DNA from: Rhina ancylostomus
Lineage: Eukaryota
Direction: 5' to 3'
Length of the DNA stretch: 64,000 nucleotides
Assembly (NCBI GenBank): GCA_030265395.1
Contig: JARFYF010000104.1
Coordinates: 41,974,817-42,038,816 of the forward strand
A model generated the notes under the pieces. That model did no database searches, was not told the origin of the DNA, and was given only the letters and a program-made list of their open reading frames with translations. The position numbers and the translations under genes are program-made. The number at the start of each line of letters is the position of its first letter. Within the stretch, counting starts at the first letter, position 1. Shown here piece after piece: positions 52,101-64,000 of the stretch.

Positions 52101-54855
52101 CTGGTCACAGCTGATGTTGAGACCCATAGCTCAGGACATCTTACTGATGTACACATTGGTGTACAAATTTATGAACCCCCTTTAATCGCCCTTCTCTTTG
52201 CTTGCCGATAATGACGTCACTTACATCTTCAGCCACTCCAATGCTACCCTGTTACTGATTAACTATAAGGAACTTGAGTTCTTCTTTCGTTGTAGTTGCT
52301 TTCATTCTCCTAACTTAAATCAAATCTCATTCACTCACCCACCGTATGCTCATTACTTACCTCCAGGTCTCTGTTACCTTCCAGATTTGGCCTGAGTTTC
52401 AACACCTCTCCGATGGTTACTTTGCCTTCATGTGCCAAGGCCCCCATATTCTGGAAATCTCTCCCACAGCTGCTCCTTTGAACCTCTGCTCCTCCCTCAA
52501 ATCTCTCTCTCTCTCTCTCTCTAAAACCCAACACTTTGAATGTATAATCTGACTGCCCCAGAAAGAGAAGTTAAACTGATCGGGAAAGAATGAACAGACT
52601 GGGCCTCTTTTCCCCTGCAAGGTTGGGGTTGAGGGAAGTTATGAGAAGGTGCAATAAATGTAAGATGATCACTATTATGTCCAACCAGGAATTCAGGAGA
52701 ATGTTGTTTCTAAAATGGAAAGTACTGTTGTAGGGAATGTTTGAAATCAATATCAGAAAGGAGACATCAGATGAACACAAGAGTGAGAATGGAATAGAAA
52801 GCTACATTTACAGGAGAAGGTGGAGAACGGTGGGAGGAGGCTGATGTAGAGAGTGAAGACTGGCTTCAGCCAGTTGAACTGAATGGCCAGTTCTTTTACT
52901 ATAAATTCTATGCAAGTATTTCTATGCTGAAAGCACATTAAATTCTACCTAGCGACAACTATCGATACTTTTAACTTATTCATTCAAAAAATGTGGACAA
53001 TCTAGACACGGCCAGCTTTTATTGCCCAACCTTAATGGTAAATGGCTTGCTAGGCCAAGGCATCTTAGCTTTTCATTCTTGATTTATTTGATTACTTGAA
53101 TTTAAATTCTATCAGTTGCTGATGTGGGGCTTGAACTCATGTCCAACCAGGCCACAGGACACCAATCAAGTAACTTGACTACCATTTCAATTACTCCGGT
53201 CTATCAGAACGTTAACGTGCAAACCATACATGCTGGTTACAGCAAGCAACTGACAGGGTAGTTGTGAAGTGGTCCTGGCAGAGGAAAGAATACTGGTATA
53301 CTGACAGAGAAAAGGAACTGGTAATTGTTAGTCATCCTTCTAAAGAGTGATACGAACATTGGGAAATCTTTCCTGTATAAGCATGCTTAATGAAATGCAA
53401 GCTGAATTATATGCTTGAGATTAGAATTTATGCAGAGATCCATTTTACAACATTCTTTTGAGGACGGACATTTCCACAGCTAACATGTGTTGGGGTAGGG
53501 TTGTATATTGGGGTTCCAGATCATAAAAGGGGTCCGACATCGGTTACTTTGGGATTTGGGAGGTGGCGGGTTTGCAGGGATTCTTACGCTATTGCAGTGA
53601 CCTCATGGGGGTAGGGGTTAACTGGAAGGCCAATCTATGCAGTGGGGGTGGGATGGTCAGAAGAGACCATGTGATGTAGGCTGGCTGCAATAAAAATCTA
53701 CAGTGAAGACCAGACACTGGGGGCTGAATGTGAGACTTAACAGGGAGGAGAGTGATGAAATTTGGGTGGGGGGATATGTTTTATAGCGAAGGCTAATTAT
53801 AGGAATATGGTGGGGAATGTCAGATGGATGGGGAAATGTAACATTGGTGTTATTATATACAGAATTTATTTTAATTTTTAACATGTGAGGTGAGAAGCTC
53901 ACAGCTAAATTTTGACAAGTTTATGGTAATATTTCTGTACTTGTAAAGCAATGCATTTACCATGCAATACAGAATGAAGAGACACACACGTGGGGGTGGG
54001 TAGAGAAGGTGGCATGTTGGATAATCTGCTCATCTGCAGGACCACTTCTAAGAGTACAGGAATGAGACCCTTTATACCACTTTCAGCAACACTGTGGAAG
54101 TCTGTTCACAATTATTCATTGAGTTTGTGCTGTCACTAAACTCTTTGTCTTTCATATTGTGGGACCTGTTATCCCCACTTGACAACCTCCTCTTCTTACT
54201 GAGGTGCTAACTCATGCTGTTAAGTGGTTCCCTGAGCTTTCCACCAGGACCTCTCTCAACCAACTGAATTCTGCACCCAGGCTCGCTGGGACCCCCTGAG
54301 ATGGAAGCAAATCACGTACCAGTTCAGAGACCGCAAAAGATGTCTGCGTTCATCCATATGGTGCGGGCATCACTCTTTATCCCCAAGGTGGATACACAAA
54401 CAGCTGGAACAGCTGGTCACAGATCAGGGGTCTTCTGTCCCTCATCCAGGGTACTGACTCTTGGCTCAGTGGTGGGTAGCCAATGGTGATTGACTGTGCA
54501 CCAGGCCTCTCACCACCACGACCACTCAACAACCCTTTCCCATTCCCAACATAAACAAGGCGAGAAAATGTAAAGAATATTCTTGTGTATCCCTGTGACT
54601 GTTTTCACAAGCGTGCACCCTGGTAATTAATGTTGGATTCCTGGAAACTCCAGGGCAATCCTGGAGGACCAGCAAGCCCAGGTGGCAGTGGAAAGTTGGG
54701 GAAATATCCAATTCGTAAAATATCAGGAGGATATTTGATCTTTGCAAACAGGGGTCACCTGATGGCCTGTAACATCTGTATCCATGAGATAGATTCTCAC
54801 TTCGGTAACTTATCAGAAATTGCACCTGACAGTCTCAGCAAGGATGTAATAGATC

Positions 54856-55195
54856 AGGCATAGATAAGGTGGATGGTAACAGCCTTATCCCCAGGGTAGG
54901 GGAGTCCAAAACTAGGGGGCATAGATTTAGGGTGAGAGGGGAAGGATTTAAGAGGGACCTGAGGGGCAACTCTTTCACGCAGGGGGTGGTGAGTATATGG
55001 AATGAGCTGCCAGAGGTTGAGGCTGATACAATAGTATCATTTTCGAAGCACCTGGATTGGTAGATGGAGAGGTGGGGCTTAGAGGGATTTGGGCCAAACA
55101 CAGGAAACTGGGACTAGCTGCGTGGGCACCTTGGTCAGCATGGATTCGTGGGGCTGAAGGGCCTGTATCCATGCTGTATTGCTCTATGACTATGA
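54856..55195 (+). mobile_element. CR1-type LINE 3' fragment
   Basis: KTRGHRFRVRG...DLRGNSFTQGVVSIWNELP and tail gggctgaagggcctgtatccatgctgtattgctctatgactatga. Confidence 0.88.
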
Positions 55196-55715
55196 AACAT
55201 CAATAGAGATCCTAGTCTAGTCTAGGTTCTTATATAAACACTGTTATTAACACTCAACATAGAAATTATAGCACAGACATAGGGCATTTGGTACACAGCA
55301 GCAAGGCTGTGTTTATACTCCACATAAGATCCCTCCAACTCCTCCTCTAGTTCCAGACTCTGCTCCCTTCTCTCCTCTCTAATTTTCCTTGAGTGCATCT
55401 GTGCTACTAGTCTTCGCTACTCCTAACATTAGTGAGTTCGACATCATGCTCCTGAATTCTTTATGCGTTTATTAGCAACTACCTAACTTTTAGCACTGAA
55501 CTTCATCCCCTCAAGTGAAAGCACCTTCTGCACATGCTACCAGTCCCCTGCATTGTTTCAAGGAGCTGCACCTCTTTTGCAGACAATGCCGAGGGTATGG
55601 AGCCTAGCCATCCAATGGCAGTGGGATTCAGGGCAAGTATCAGCACTTTTGGTACTGAATGGAGCCCGCAAGCATTTTAACTTTCATTATGGTTAGGAGA
55701 AACAGAAGTGCTTAC

Positions 55716-55903
55716 ATTGGGCTCATCCCGCCTCTCTCGCCGCTTAACCTTTTGTACTTCATAGTCTTCCAGTAACGTCTCCATCAGGCCTCTGGAACGA
55801 GACTGTCCTGAAGATTCCTGCTCCGCAGGTGTGGACTCAGACCGCGGAGAGGGCAATGGGCTTTCTGTCACTGGTGACACTGGACTGGATTTCTCAATCT
55901 TTC
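55716..55903 (-). CDS. PALM2AKAP2: PALM2AKAP2/AKAP2 penultimate exon: (G)KIEKSSPVSP...GLMETLLEDYEVQKVKRRERRDEPN
   Basis: Acceptor cttctttcttcAG and donor GTAAGC, 188 nt, phase 1/0, compatible with both neighbours. Similar to human '[20 protein letters not shown]'. Confidence 0.92.
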
Positions 55904-56159
55904 CTGAAGAAAGAAGGAATAGCATCAGGAATTCTTCAAAAGATTCATTAACGTACACTAAGTGATGGGTGGCTGGAGGCCTTCTTAAAAAAGAGCGGAA
56001 CATTGAAACCTGATAGCTGTGAGCATGACCAGCTTTTAGAATTCACTCCTAACCACCTTGGTTATAATAATTATTGTCCTCGGAACAAAAATCATTTAGA
56101 TATGGAAGATGACATTTCAAACACTGCATACATTGAAACAAAATGTGCTTGAGGTGCAG

Positions 56160-56508
56160 GTCCCCACCATTCGGGCCACGCCATCTTCTCACAGCTACCA
56201 GTGGGCAGGAGGTACTGAAGTCCCACACCATAGGTTCAAGGACAGCTCCGTCCCTTCAACTCTTTGGTTCTTGAACCAACTGGCACAACCCTAACCAGTA
56301 CTGTGACCACTGCACAAAAATTGAGTTTTGTTTCATTCTGATTGTGTTCTTTCTTGTAAAAATTGTGTATAATTTATGTTTAATGTATGTGTTTCTTGTG
56401 AATGCTGCCTCTCTGATGCTATGTGCCTGTGATGCTGCTGCAAGCAAGTTTCTCACTGCACTTGTGCATACATGTACTCATGCATATGACAATAAACTCA
56501 ACTTTGAC
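56160..56508 (+). mobile_element. Rex1/Babar-like LINE 3' end
   Basis: gggccacgccatcttctcacagctacc...gggcaggaggtac...aggttcaaggacagc and tail catatgacaataaactcaactttgac. Confidence 0.6.
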
Positions 56509-56547
56509 AGTATTGGGAACATGAGATATTTTGAATCTACAGAGCAA

Positions 56548-56640
56548 TTTCAAGTCAAGTCAGGTTGAGTCTATTGTCATATGCACAAATACGGTGAGGT
56601 ACAGGTACAATGAAAAACTTGCTTGCAGAGCATCACAGGC
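56548..56640 (-). mobile_element. Second copy of the same LINE tail, inverted, running into a gap
   Basis: Reverse complement gcctgtgatgctctgcaagcaag...catatgacaatagactcaac matches 56426-56508. Confidence 0.7.
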
Positions 56641-58359
56641 NNNNNNNNNNNNNNNNNNNNNNNNNNNNNNNNNNNNNNNNNNNNNNNNNNNNNNNNNNNN
56701 NNNNNNNNNNNNNNNNNNNNNNNNNNNNNNNNNNNNNNNNCTAGTTCTGGCCCTCCTTCACACAAAGCAAATTTGCCTATTGGGAAATTAGGAAGGACAT
56801 TTTCACCTGCACAGCAAGACACGTGCACAGCAAGTTCCCACAAAGCTCCATGTGATAATGATCAATTACCAATCTGAGACATAAAGCCCAAGTCAAAGTT
56901 GACTCTTCCAGTGCAGTGCTGCCACCTTTAGCATGAGATGCAAAATGGAGGTTGCCCTGGCTGCCCACTCAGGTGGGTGCAGAAGATTCTGTGCTACCTG
57001 GTTGGCAAGACAGAAAGTTGTTTCTCTCCAGTGCCCTAGACAACAGCCTGTAACCAGCATCATTACAACAGACTACCTCGCCAGTTATTGCTTTGCTTAT
57101 TTTGGGAGCTTGGTGTGTATAAATTGGCTCCCTGTACAATGCAAGGCAGAAGCACTTGGAAGATAAAGAGCCTTGGGTGTCTTGGGTTGCAAAAGATGCG
57201 AAACATTTGAGGTACAAGTTGACTGATTCATCTCGTGATACAGCCTGATGGACTTGGACAATGTGTGCGGGTGATGCTGCCTTCCAGCTGTTCAAATCTT
57301 CCACTTCAAAATGTTGTTCCTAATTTCCTCTTTATGGGGGAAAAATGGAATGTTCCTTTAAGACTTAAAGGTACAATGGAGATTTATGGCTACCACATGA
57401 CCCTTTACACCACACTGTCGATACACTTCCAAGCAGCACCTCTTCATTCTTTCCCAGAATCACGCAAACTGTTCTTTGTGACCTTCTTGTACTTTTAACC
57501 ATAGTCTTATGAACCATAGTAATCCTCATCACTTCATACATTCCACTTTGTTGTTTTTACATTGGATTACACATATAACAGGCACAACACAACATCAGAC
57601 TATCCAGTGCAGCCGGCATTTATTTTGCTTCGGACCAGCCTGTTACATTCCTCTTTCAGAAAAGATACTGAAGCAAGACCATGTCGTTCTCTCTGGTAGA
57701 TCCCATGCCATCACTTCAAAGGAGAGCAGGAGAGTTCTGCATCTGGCTAATACTTATTTCTCGATCATGAATTCTAAAAGCTGTCGGTAATTGGTCAATA
57801 TCCCATGGATGTTTGTAGGCCTTGTTTCCTACATTACAACAGTGACAACACTTTATTGACTGTAAGATATGTTATGATATCCTAAGGTGTGAAAGGCACT
57901 ACAGAAGTGCAAGCCTTCCTTTTCAATGGACTCCACTGAAATGTCAATTAATCAGTCTTTGCCTGCCCCTTTATCCCAGATAATTTAATAAAAATATTCA
58001 AAGAAAATAAAGAATTAGGAAAGATGCCCTTCTGAACTTTTTCCTCAGTGTCAATCGCAGCTGTGTCCTGAGTTAATCTTTAATTCCAGGAGTGGAACGG
58101 ACTGTGCTGAGTCCACACTTTGGCTGGTACTCTTCTGAATAGTGAAGGCTATTGACTAAATCCAATCTACTGCATACTTTTCAATACATGTTAATGGTCT
58201 TTTCTTGTCTGATGTTAAGACTAACCAAACTAAGGAGAGGCTATTCTGCAATTCACATTCTCCTTCATGGCAAAATACTTTGTTGGAGGCACTGTCTTTA
58301 TCAGAATCTCATCAAAATTGAAAGTCAAATCTAGGGCCAGAAAATCAACAACATGCATA

Positions 58360-59150
58360 TTCCCATTCCCTCCCTTTCAGCATTTTGAAGGGATTGCACC
58401 TTGATCTGCATTACTGTCTCCACCAACCATTCCCCATCTTACAGCACTTTTCCCACAACAGGAGAAGCAACACCTCTTCCCTTCCATCACCCAGACACCC
58501 AAACAGGCTTTCCAGTTGAAGCAGTGATTCCCTTACACTTCTTCCAGTCCAGTGCACTGCATTTGGTGTTCACAACGTGGCCTCTTTTCTCCACATTGGA
58601 GAAATCACACGTAGATTGGGTGACTACTTTGGGGAGCACCTGCGTTCAGTGGCCTGCAACTTTTATTCAACTTCCCACGGCCACTCTGACCTATCGGGGT
58701 GTGGCCTCCTGTACTGTTATAATGAGGCCCAACACAAACTTGAGGAACAACACCTCATCTTCCACCTGGGCACGTTGCAGATTCCAGACTTAGTATCAGA
58801 TTCTCTAACTTTAGGTAACGCACTCTTTCTTTCAGTCTGCATCAGAACTGGCCACCACTGCCTGTCATTCTTCTTTTTCTACTGCTGGCTTGCTGGGCAC
58901 ATCCCATAGCCTTGGTACTAGCAACACATTCCACACACAAAGATGTGCAAGTTGATTCTAACTGCTATGTTTACGCATTTGGTCTCACCTTAGCCGAGAT
59001 ATTCCCTATGTTCTACCCATCCCTCTCCCACCTTCTCTGCTACTGAAAACTAATTTGTTTTCTCTTTCCCAGTTCTCTCTAACACTGTTTCTCTTTTCAC
59101 AGATGTTGTTAGATTTGCTGAGTGTTTCCAGCATTTTCTATTATTAATTC
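58360..59150 (+). mobile_element. Penelope-like retroelement fragment (GIY-YIG region)
   Basis: HIGEITRRLGDYFGEHLRSV...KLEEQHLIFHLGTLQ in ORF 58577-58909, followed by a terminal repeat (cacagatgttgtt...gctgagtgtttccagca). Confidence 0.85.
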
Positions 59151-60577
59151 TAGACTCAGGGCTGACAAAGTAATTAAGCGTATTTGGATCTCTCTCTTAA
59201 TAAAACATTTATGCTTATATTCAACTCCAAGGATCTGGCCATTTCAGAAAGGACGATTAATTGTCAAGAATTTACTTGGAATTCCAAGCTTTTATGTGGA
59301 GTTCTGATGAATGCCCATTGACCTGATACATTAACCTGGTTTCTCTCTTCACAGATGCTGTCTGACCTCACAGGTACTTCCAACATTTAGTGGTATGTGA
59401 GAATGACTTCAGTGTATTTCTTCCACCCCATGGCCTCAACTTTCACCACCTCTGTACACTCGTCCTGTTCAATAACCCTACTGAGATACTTGTGTTCCTC
59501 CAAGTCTGTGCTCTCGCCCTCTTCCAGAGTTTACTCTTCAGAAGCAGAGTCCTTCAGCTGTAAAGGCCCCAGGTTCTAAAATTCCCTCCATGAACTCTAA
59601 GCATCTCTTCCCTCCTCTAAGATCCTCCATTACAACCGCCGCTTTGACCTGCACCTTAAAGATCTCTTTTTGTAGCTCAGCATCAAATTTTGTCTGCTAT
59701 GAAAAATCTTGGGGCAATTTGCTACTCTGTATAAATAATTGTTGAATACATAGAATTAAGGAAGAAAGGATAGAATTAATGTAAATGGGTGGTTGATGAT
59801 CGACACAGAATGAATAGGATGAAGGGCCTGTTTGTGTGCTGTATCTCTCTATGACTCTATTGTTTAGTATTTCAGTTTGGAGTAGCAAAAGTTGGAGGCT
59901 GATTGGTTGGGACTTTGATATTGTCAGGGTTTCGGGGCTTGAAGTTACTTACAATCAGTAGCTTTTCACTCCTGCCACCAGATGGCAGTAAAGAGTCAGG
60001 ATTAACCCCACTGAGAGCTGGAGAATGCCAGAGTCCACATCTTCCATCTTTCTTCCCAGTGTCAAAACAGTGCAACATACATCACAGTGCTACTATCCCA
60101 CCATTTGAGGTGAGGAAATTTTTGTTGTGGTACTAAAGAGATTTTCATTTTTTCACCTAATAATTTTTGGATTTCTTCTTTGCATTTTATTTCTTAAATA
60201 GATCATGATGCCACAGTTGTTCATGATACAACGTTAAACCATGCAATGTGGGAATTGGCTGTACAATCCACAGAAAGTTCATGAAGGTCAGCACTGAAAG
60301 GTAAAAAGGAGAGATTTTGACAGCACATTTACACACTCACTTGAGTGCCACCAAATAGACAAAGTGTTGTCATTTGGCATGTGTTATTCATTTCAGGAAA
60401 GGATATAGCACCATGTTAGGCAGGTGTCAGGCCTGGCTCCATCAGTAGAACTCTCGCCTCCAACTCAGAAGGTCATGGATTCAAGCCTGAGTTTGTAATC
60501 AAGTCCGCCACTTCTGTGAATGAGGGGACTCCCAGCAGGTGTAGTCTGAAATCTGGCAGGACTGTACAAGTGGAATT

Positions 60578-60690
60578 AAGAGCAACAAAAAATCTGCTGG
60601 AAGAACTCAGCGGGTCAAACAGCACCCACTGAGTTCTTCCAGCAGATCGTTGCTCCAGATTCCAGCATCTGCAGTCTCTTGTGTCTCCAT
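60578..60690. mobile_element. Minimal palindromic Penelope-derived element
   Basis: Perfect 19-bp inverted repeat atctgctggaagaactcag (60592-60610) / ctgagttcttccagcagat (60629-60647). Confidence 0.75.
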
Positions 60691-60959
60691 GTANNNNNNN
60701 NNNNNNNNNNNNNNNNNNNNNNNNNNNNNNNNNNNNNNNNNNNNNNNGCACAATAGAGACCCTTCGGCCCACAACGTTGTGCTGACCTTTAAACCTCACC
60801 TAAGGCTATCTAACCCCTTCCTCCCACATATCCCTCTATTTTGAATTCCTCCATATGCTTATCTAGTAATCCCTTGAATTGGTTAGGTTAAAATGTCCAC
60901 GTTCCTCCTGGCTGCATTGAGCTAAGTCCTCATGTAAAAAAAGGGAGAGTGCTTGGAAT

Positions 60960-61322
60960 TATATGGAGCACTTCCTAACCCCAGCAAGTCCAAAAGTACT
61001 TCACACCAAATCACATCAGCCAATTGCACACAGCAAGCTCCCATAAAGAACAGGGTGACAGAGCAGGAAGTTGTCAATGTTTAGTGATGTTTGCTCAGGG
61101 GTTGATTCTCAGGACAATGGGAAGAACTATCTCTATTCTTTGAAAATGTGCAGCAAAACCTAACCAAGGGGCTAAAGCCTAAAAAACAACACCTGCAGCT
61201 ATGCAGTGCTCCCTCAGTACTGCCTTGAAGTGACAGCCTGGGCTTGATGCTCAAGAGTGGGGCTTGGACCCATAACCTTCTGACTCAGAGGCAGGAGCAC
61301 CAAAACCAAGCCACAGTTGATA
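60960..61322 (-). mobile_element. DeuSINE (SacSINE1/AmnSINE1-like); older copies at about 2070-2400, 19480-19830, 46100-46325, 49390-49580, 57680-57920 and 60425-60540
   Basis: Recurring gcag.gctccctcagtactgc.ctgaagtg.cagcct core and ccttctgactcagaggcaggag head. Confidence 0.65.
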
Positions 61323-62970
61323 GCCTTCCACTTGAGGTGCAACATAAGACTGACACTTCCAATTCAACTTACAATAGAAACCCCCTGCAAGACCATCACT
61401 TTACTTGATCAAATGAAAGTCCACACAGCCCAAGTTGAGCTCCGCTATATTATGCGGTCCGAGAACATTTCTTTTCTCATTTTTCTCTGCCCTCGAGTCC
61501 TCCTCCTGACAAAATTGAAGGGAGGATCTCATTCCACAAGTTTGTGACCGCCTGATATTTCATTTCCTGTGTGGGGCCGGTGGGGGGGAGGGGGGAAGAG
61601 GAATGCTGACATTTTAACAGAGAAAGGACACTTGCTCCTGGTGACCTCATCCTGGCACAGCATTCAACATCCCCAGGGACACGGCTGTGCAGTTGCCAAG
61701 AAGCAGAATGATAATGTCACAGCTAACACCCAGGCTCTGTCTGACACAGAGTGAGCCAGCCAACGGGAAGGTAGCCACAGACTGTTCAAAACAAAACTGC
61801 AGCCAAGTTGGAAGTTGTATCCAGAGTGACCATAGCTGCCTTTTCTGGTCTTAGACAGGCTGAAGCACAATCGCACTAGAACAGCATTCAGGCCGGAGGG
61901 GTTAAACTATAGGGACGCAGTTTGCACACCCTGTTTTGGGGGGATCTAATTGACGTGATATCTGGGATGCAGGGGCCAAAGTCGAGAGCAAGGAGGCAGA
62001 ACCTTGAACCCAGGAAGCTCTCCGTCACACAAAGGTTAGTGAGAGTTGGGAACTCCCTTCCCCTCAGTTCTGAGTTGGGAGAATCTCAAAATTGCTGAAC
62101 TCTGATGCCCTCTGGTAAAACCCTTAGTGTAGAAAGAGGCCGTTCAGCCCACCAAGCTTGAGCTGGGTCAGTGGTGCCTAGTCCCCTACTCCCCTTTTGC
62201 AAATACTTTTTGTAGGATCAGGTACCTGTACCCACACAGGTTGAGATGTCCAGATGCTGAAAGACTTCCTCTCCTCTCCAGATCTCCAGCTCGGTCTATG
62301 AGTTTGGGGCACTGACCTACTCACCGGAGACCCTGAGGGAAAGGTTGGGTTCAGGCTGGATGGTCCATGGTTACAGCAGTGGACTCTGGCCGGTGTCCAG
62401 CCCTGCGATCTTGGTCAACACATTCCTTGGCTAAATTTTGTCAATCTTCTCCGGAAGGGCCAGGCTGAGGGAACGAACTAATGATTACAACGGACCACAC
62501 AGATGTGGGCCAGCTGGGGAAGACCAAGACTTGAGACCACATCATCAGATGGTCGCTAATATGTCCGCTGAGGAACTTAGGAGACCATTCTCTGGGCACG
62601 GATTGGAGAGAGGATGGAGCCTCGCTCCCACGCGCAGTGGCAGATATACAGCTGAAGTGAAGCTAGATAAATGCAGGAGAAGGGAACAGAAGGATCTGCA
62701 GATGGGAGAAGGTTGGGGGAGGAGGTTTATTACAGACTGACATGGTCCATTTTGGCTGAATGGTCTGCTGCTGTACTGTGACTCTCCTGCACAGAAAGAA
62801 GCCACACAACACATCTACTTTCTAGGTCGACCACCCCAAATGGCTCTGCTGCTCACCGACTGAGCTGAAATAAGTTTCCAACACTGATTCCCCGTGGCTT
62901 GGCTCACACATTCCAAACCCGTGGGCCTGGTTCACCTGGTGGAGAGGGTCCAGGGTTTCGGGGGCCTTAC

Positions 62971-64000
62971 CGGGGGCTGTTGCCCTGGAGGGACATGCCA
63001 GTAGTGGTGGCTGGGGCCGAGAGCTCCTGCTGGGGCTCTGCACCGTCTTCAGGACCTCCCTCTGTCGCCGAAGCTCTTCCTCTCGGTCCTGGGCTGCCCT
63101 GATCTCCTGCTCAATCATCGACAGGGTCTTCTGCCTGCGGGAGCGCAGCTTAAAGGGCCCGGACTGGGCGATGACCTCTGGCTCCTGTGAGTGGCTGACG
63201 AAGACATTGGTTCTGGAATAGTCCGTGGGCTCCAAGTAGCTGGCAACGTCGCTGAAAGGGCTGAACTCTGGCCTGTACAAGGAGGGCTGTGAGCCGCTGC
63301 TGCTGGCAACCCCCATGGTGCCACTCTGTTTGGTCGTTGCTACAGGCAACAGGAAGCAGTCATCCTTGTGGCGGTCTGGTTCCACCTCCGCTGGACCCTT
63401 GGATACACATGGTCTCTGGTCCTGCACTGAAGGCGGAAGTGGTGGCTCAGCCTGTGGTGTAGGCTGACGAATGTCTGCTGGCTCACTCCCCAAATCTGTC
63501 TGAGGCTCACTTCGACTGTCACTCGCCCCAGTAGCACTGTGGGTCTCCTGTGCCAGGGCGAGTTGTATGGCGTTCTTCACCACCATCTCTGCCTGGTAAT
63601 GCAGCTGCTTCTCCGGGTCCAACAGCAGTGGAGACCGTTGCTTGTACAATTCGTCGTCGCTGAGTGAGCCCAGGCCACCTTCTCTCTTGTAAGGGCTCTC
63701 CCCTCTCTCCCTGTCGACGGGAGTCAGGGCCTGGGGCGTCTGCGGCTGGGAGAACTCCTGAGACCCACCCAGGGAGTAGTCCAGGGACACGTTTGTCGTC
63801 TCGTTTGAAGCGCCGCTGTCACTCACGTTGTCAATACTGAAGTCGTTGGACAGGGTTTCCATCACTGTGGTGTCCTGAGATCGAAGGGATAAGTCGTCCA
63901 AACCGGAATCCACCTCCTCTGCTGTGATGGGGAGACTGGGGCACTTGAAACATTGGTCGGAAGTGTCACTGTCACCATCCTCGTTCAGCACCGTCAAAAC
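62971..64000 (-). CDS. PALM2AKAP2: PALM2AKAP2/AKAP2 large exon, 5'-truncated by the window edge
   Basis: Open frame from the edge to donor G|GTAAG. Contains DSGLDDLSLRSQDTTVMETLSNDFSIDNVSDSGASNETT and SGPFKLRSRRQKTLSMIEQEIRAAQDREEELRRQR, both characteristic of AKAP2. Confidence 0.95.
63545..63604 (-). other. PALM2AKAP2: PKA regulatory-subunit (RII) binding amphipathic helix LHYQAEMVVKNAIQLALAQE
   Basis: Fits the AKAP pattern A-x-x-[LV]-V-x-x-A-I-x-x-A and recalled human '[20 protein letters not shown]'. Confidence 0.85.

Noticed and set aside
62822-62970. Tail of the 391-aa ORF (KAPETL...GWST)
   Set aside because: It lies beyond the GTAAG donor at 62970, and homology resumes in the exon at 55903.

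Overview
This is eukaryotic genomic DNA, not prokaryotic: a repeat-rich vertebrate scaffold with 11 N-gaps. The SINE, CR1 and Penelope families suggest a cartilaginous fish, probably a ray (inference). Three spliced genes can be rebuilt from GT-AG splice sites and similarity to human proteins recalled from memory. (1) The last three coding exons of SNX30 lie on + (742-7363). (2) A complete four-exon SLC46A2/TSCOT lies on - (24922-15956, 476 aa). (3) The last three coding exons of PALM2AKAP2/AKAP2 lie on - (>64000-41021), including the PKA-RII-binding helix. Between SLC46A2 and AKAP2 are a heavily disabled tandem paralogue of SLC46A2 (28490-29694) and an unidentified tandem pair of decayed coding-like units. 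These have a signal-peptide-like start, cysteines and an internal D-x-V-G-Y repeat (33905-36115). About a dozen short Penelope-derived, often palindromic elements are present, several with remnants of a minimal hammerhead ribozyme. There are also CR1, L2, RTE and Rex-like LINE fragments, tRNA-derived SINEs and microsatellites. No rRNA, tRNA gene or CRISPR array is supported. Most ORFs in the supplied track are spurious, repeat-derived or gap artefacts. Family names for repeats come from motif recognition, and their boundaries are approximate.
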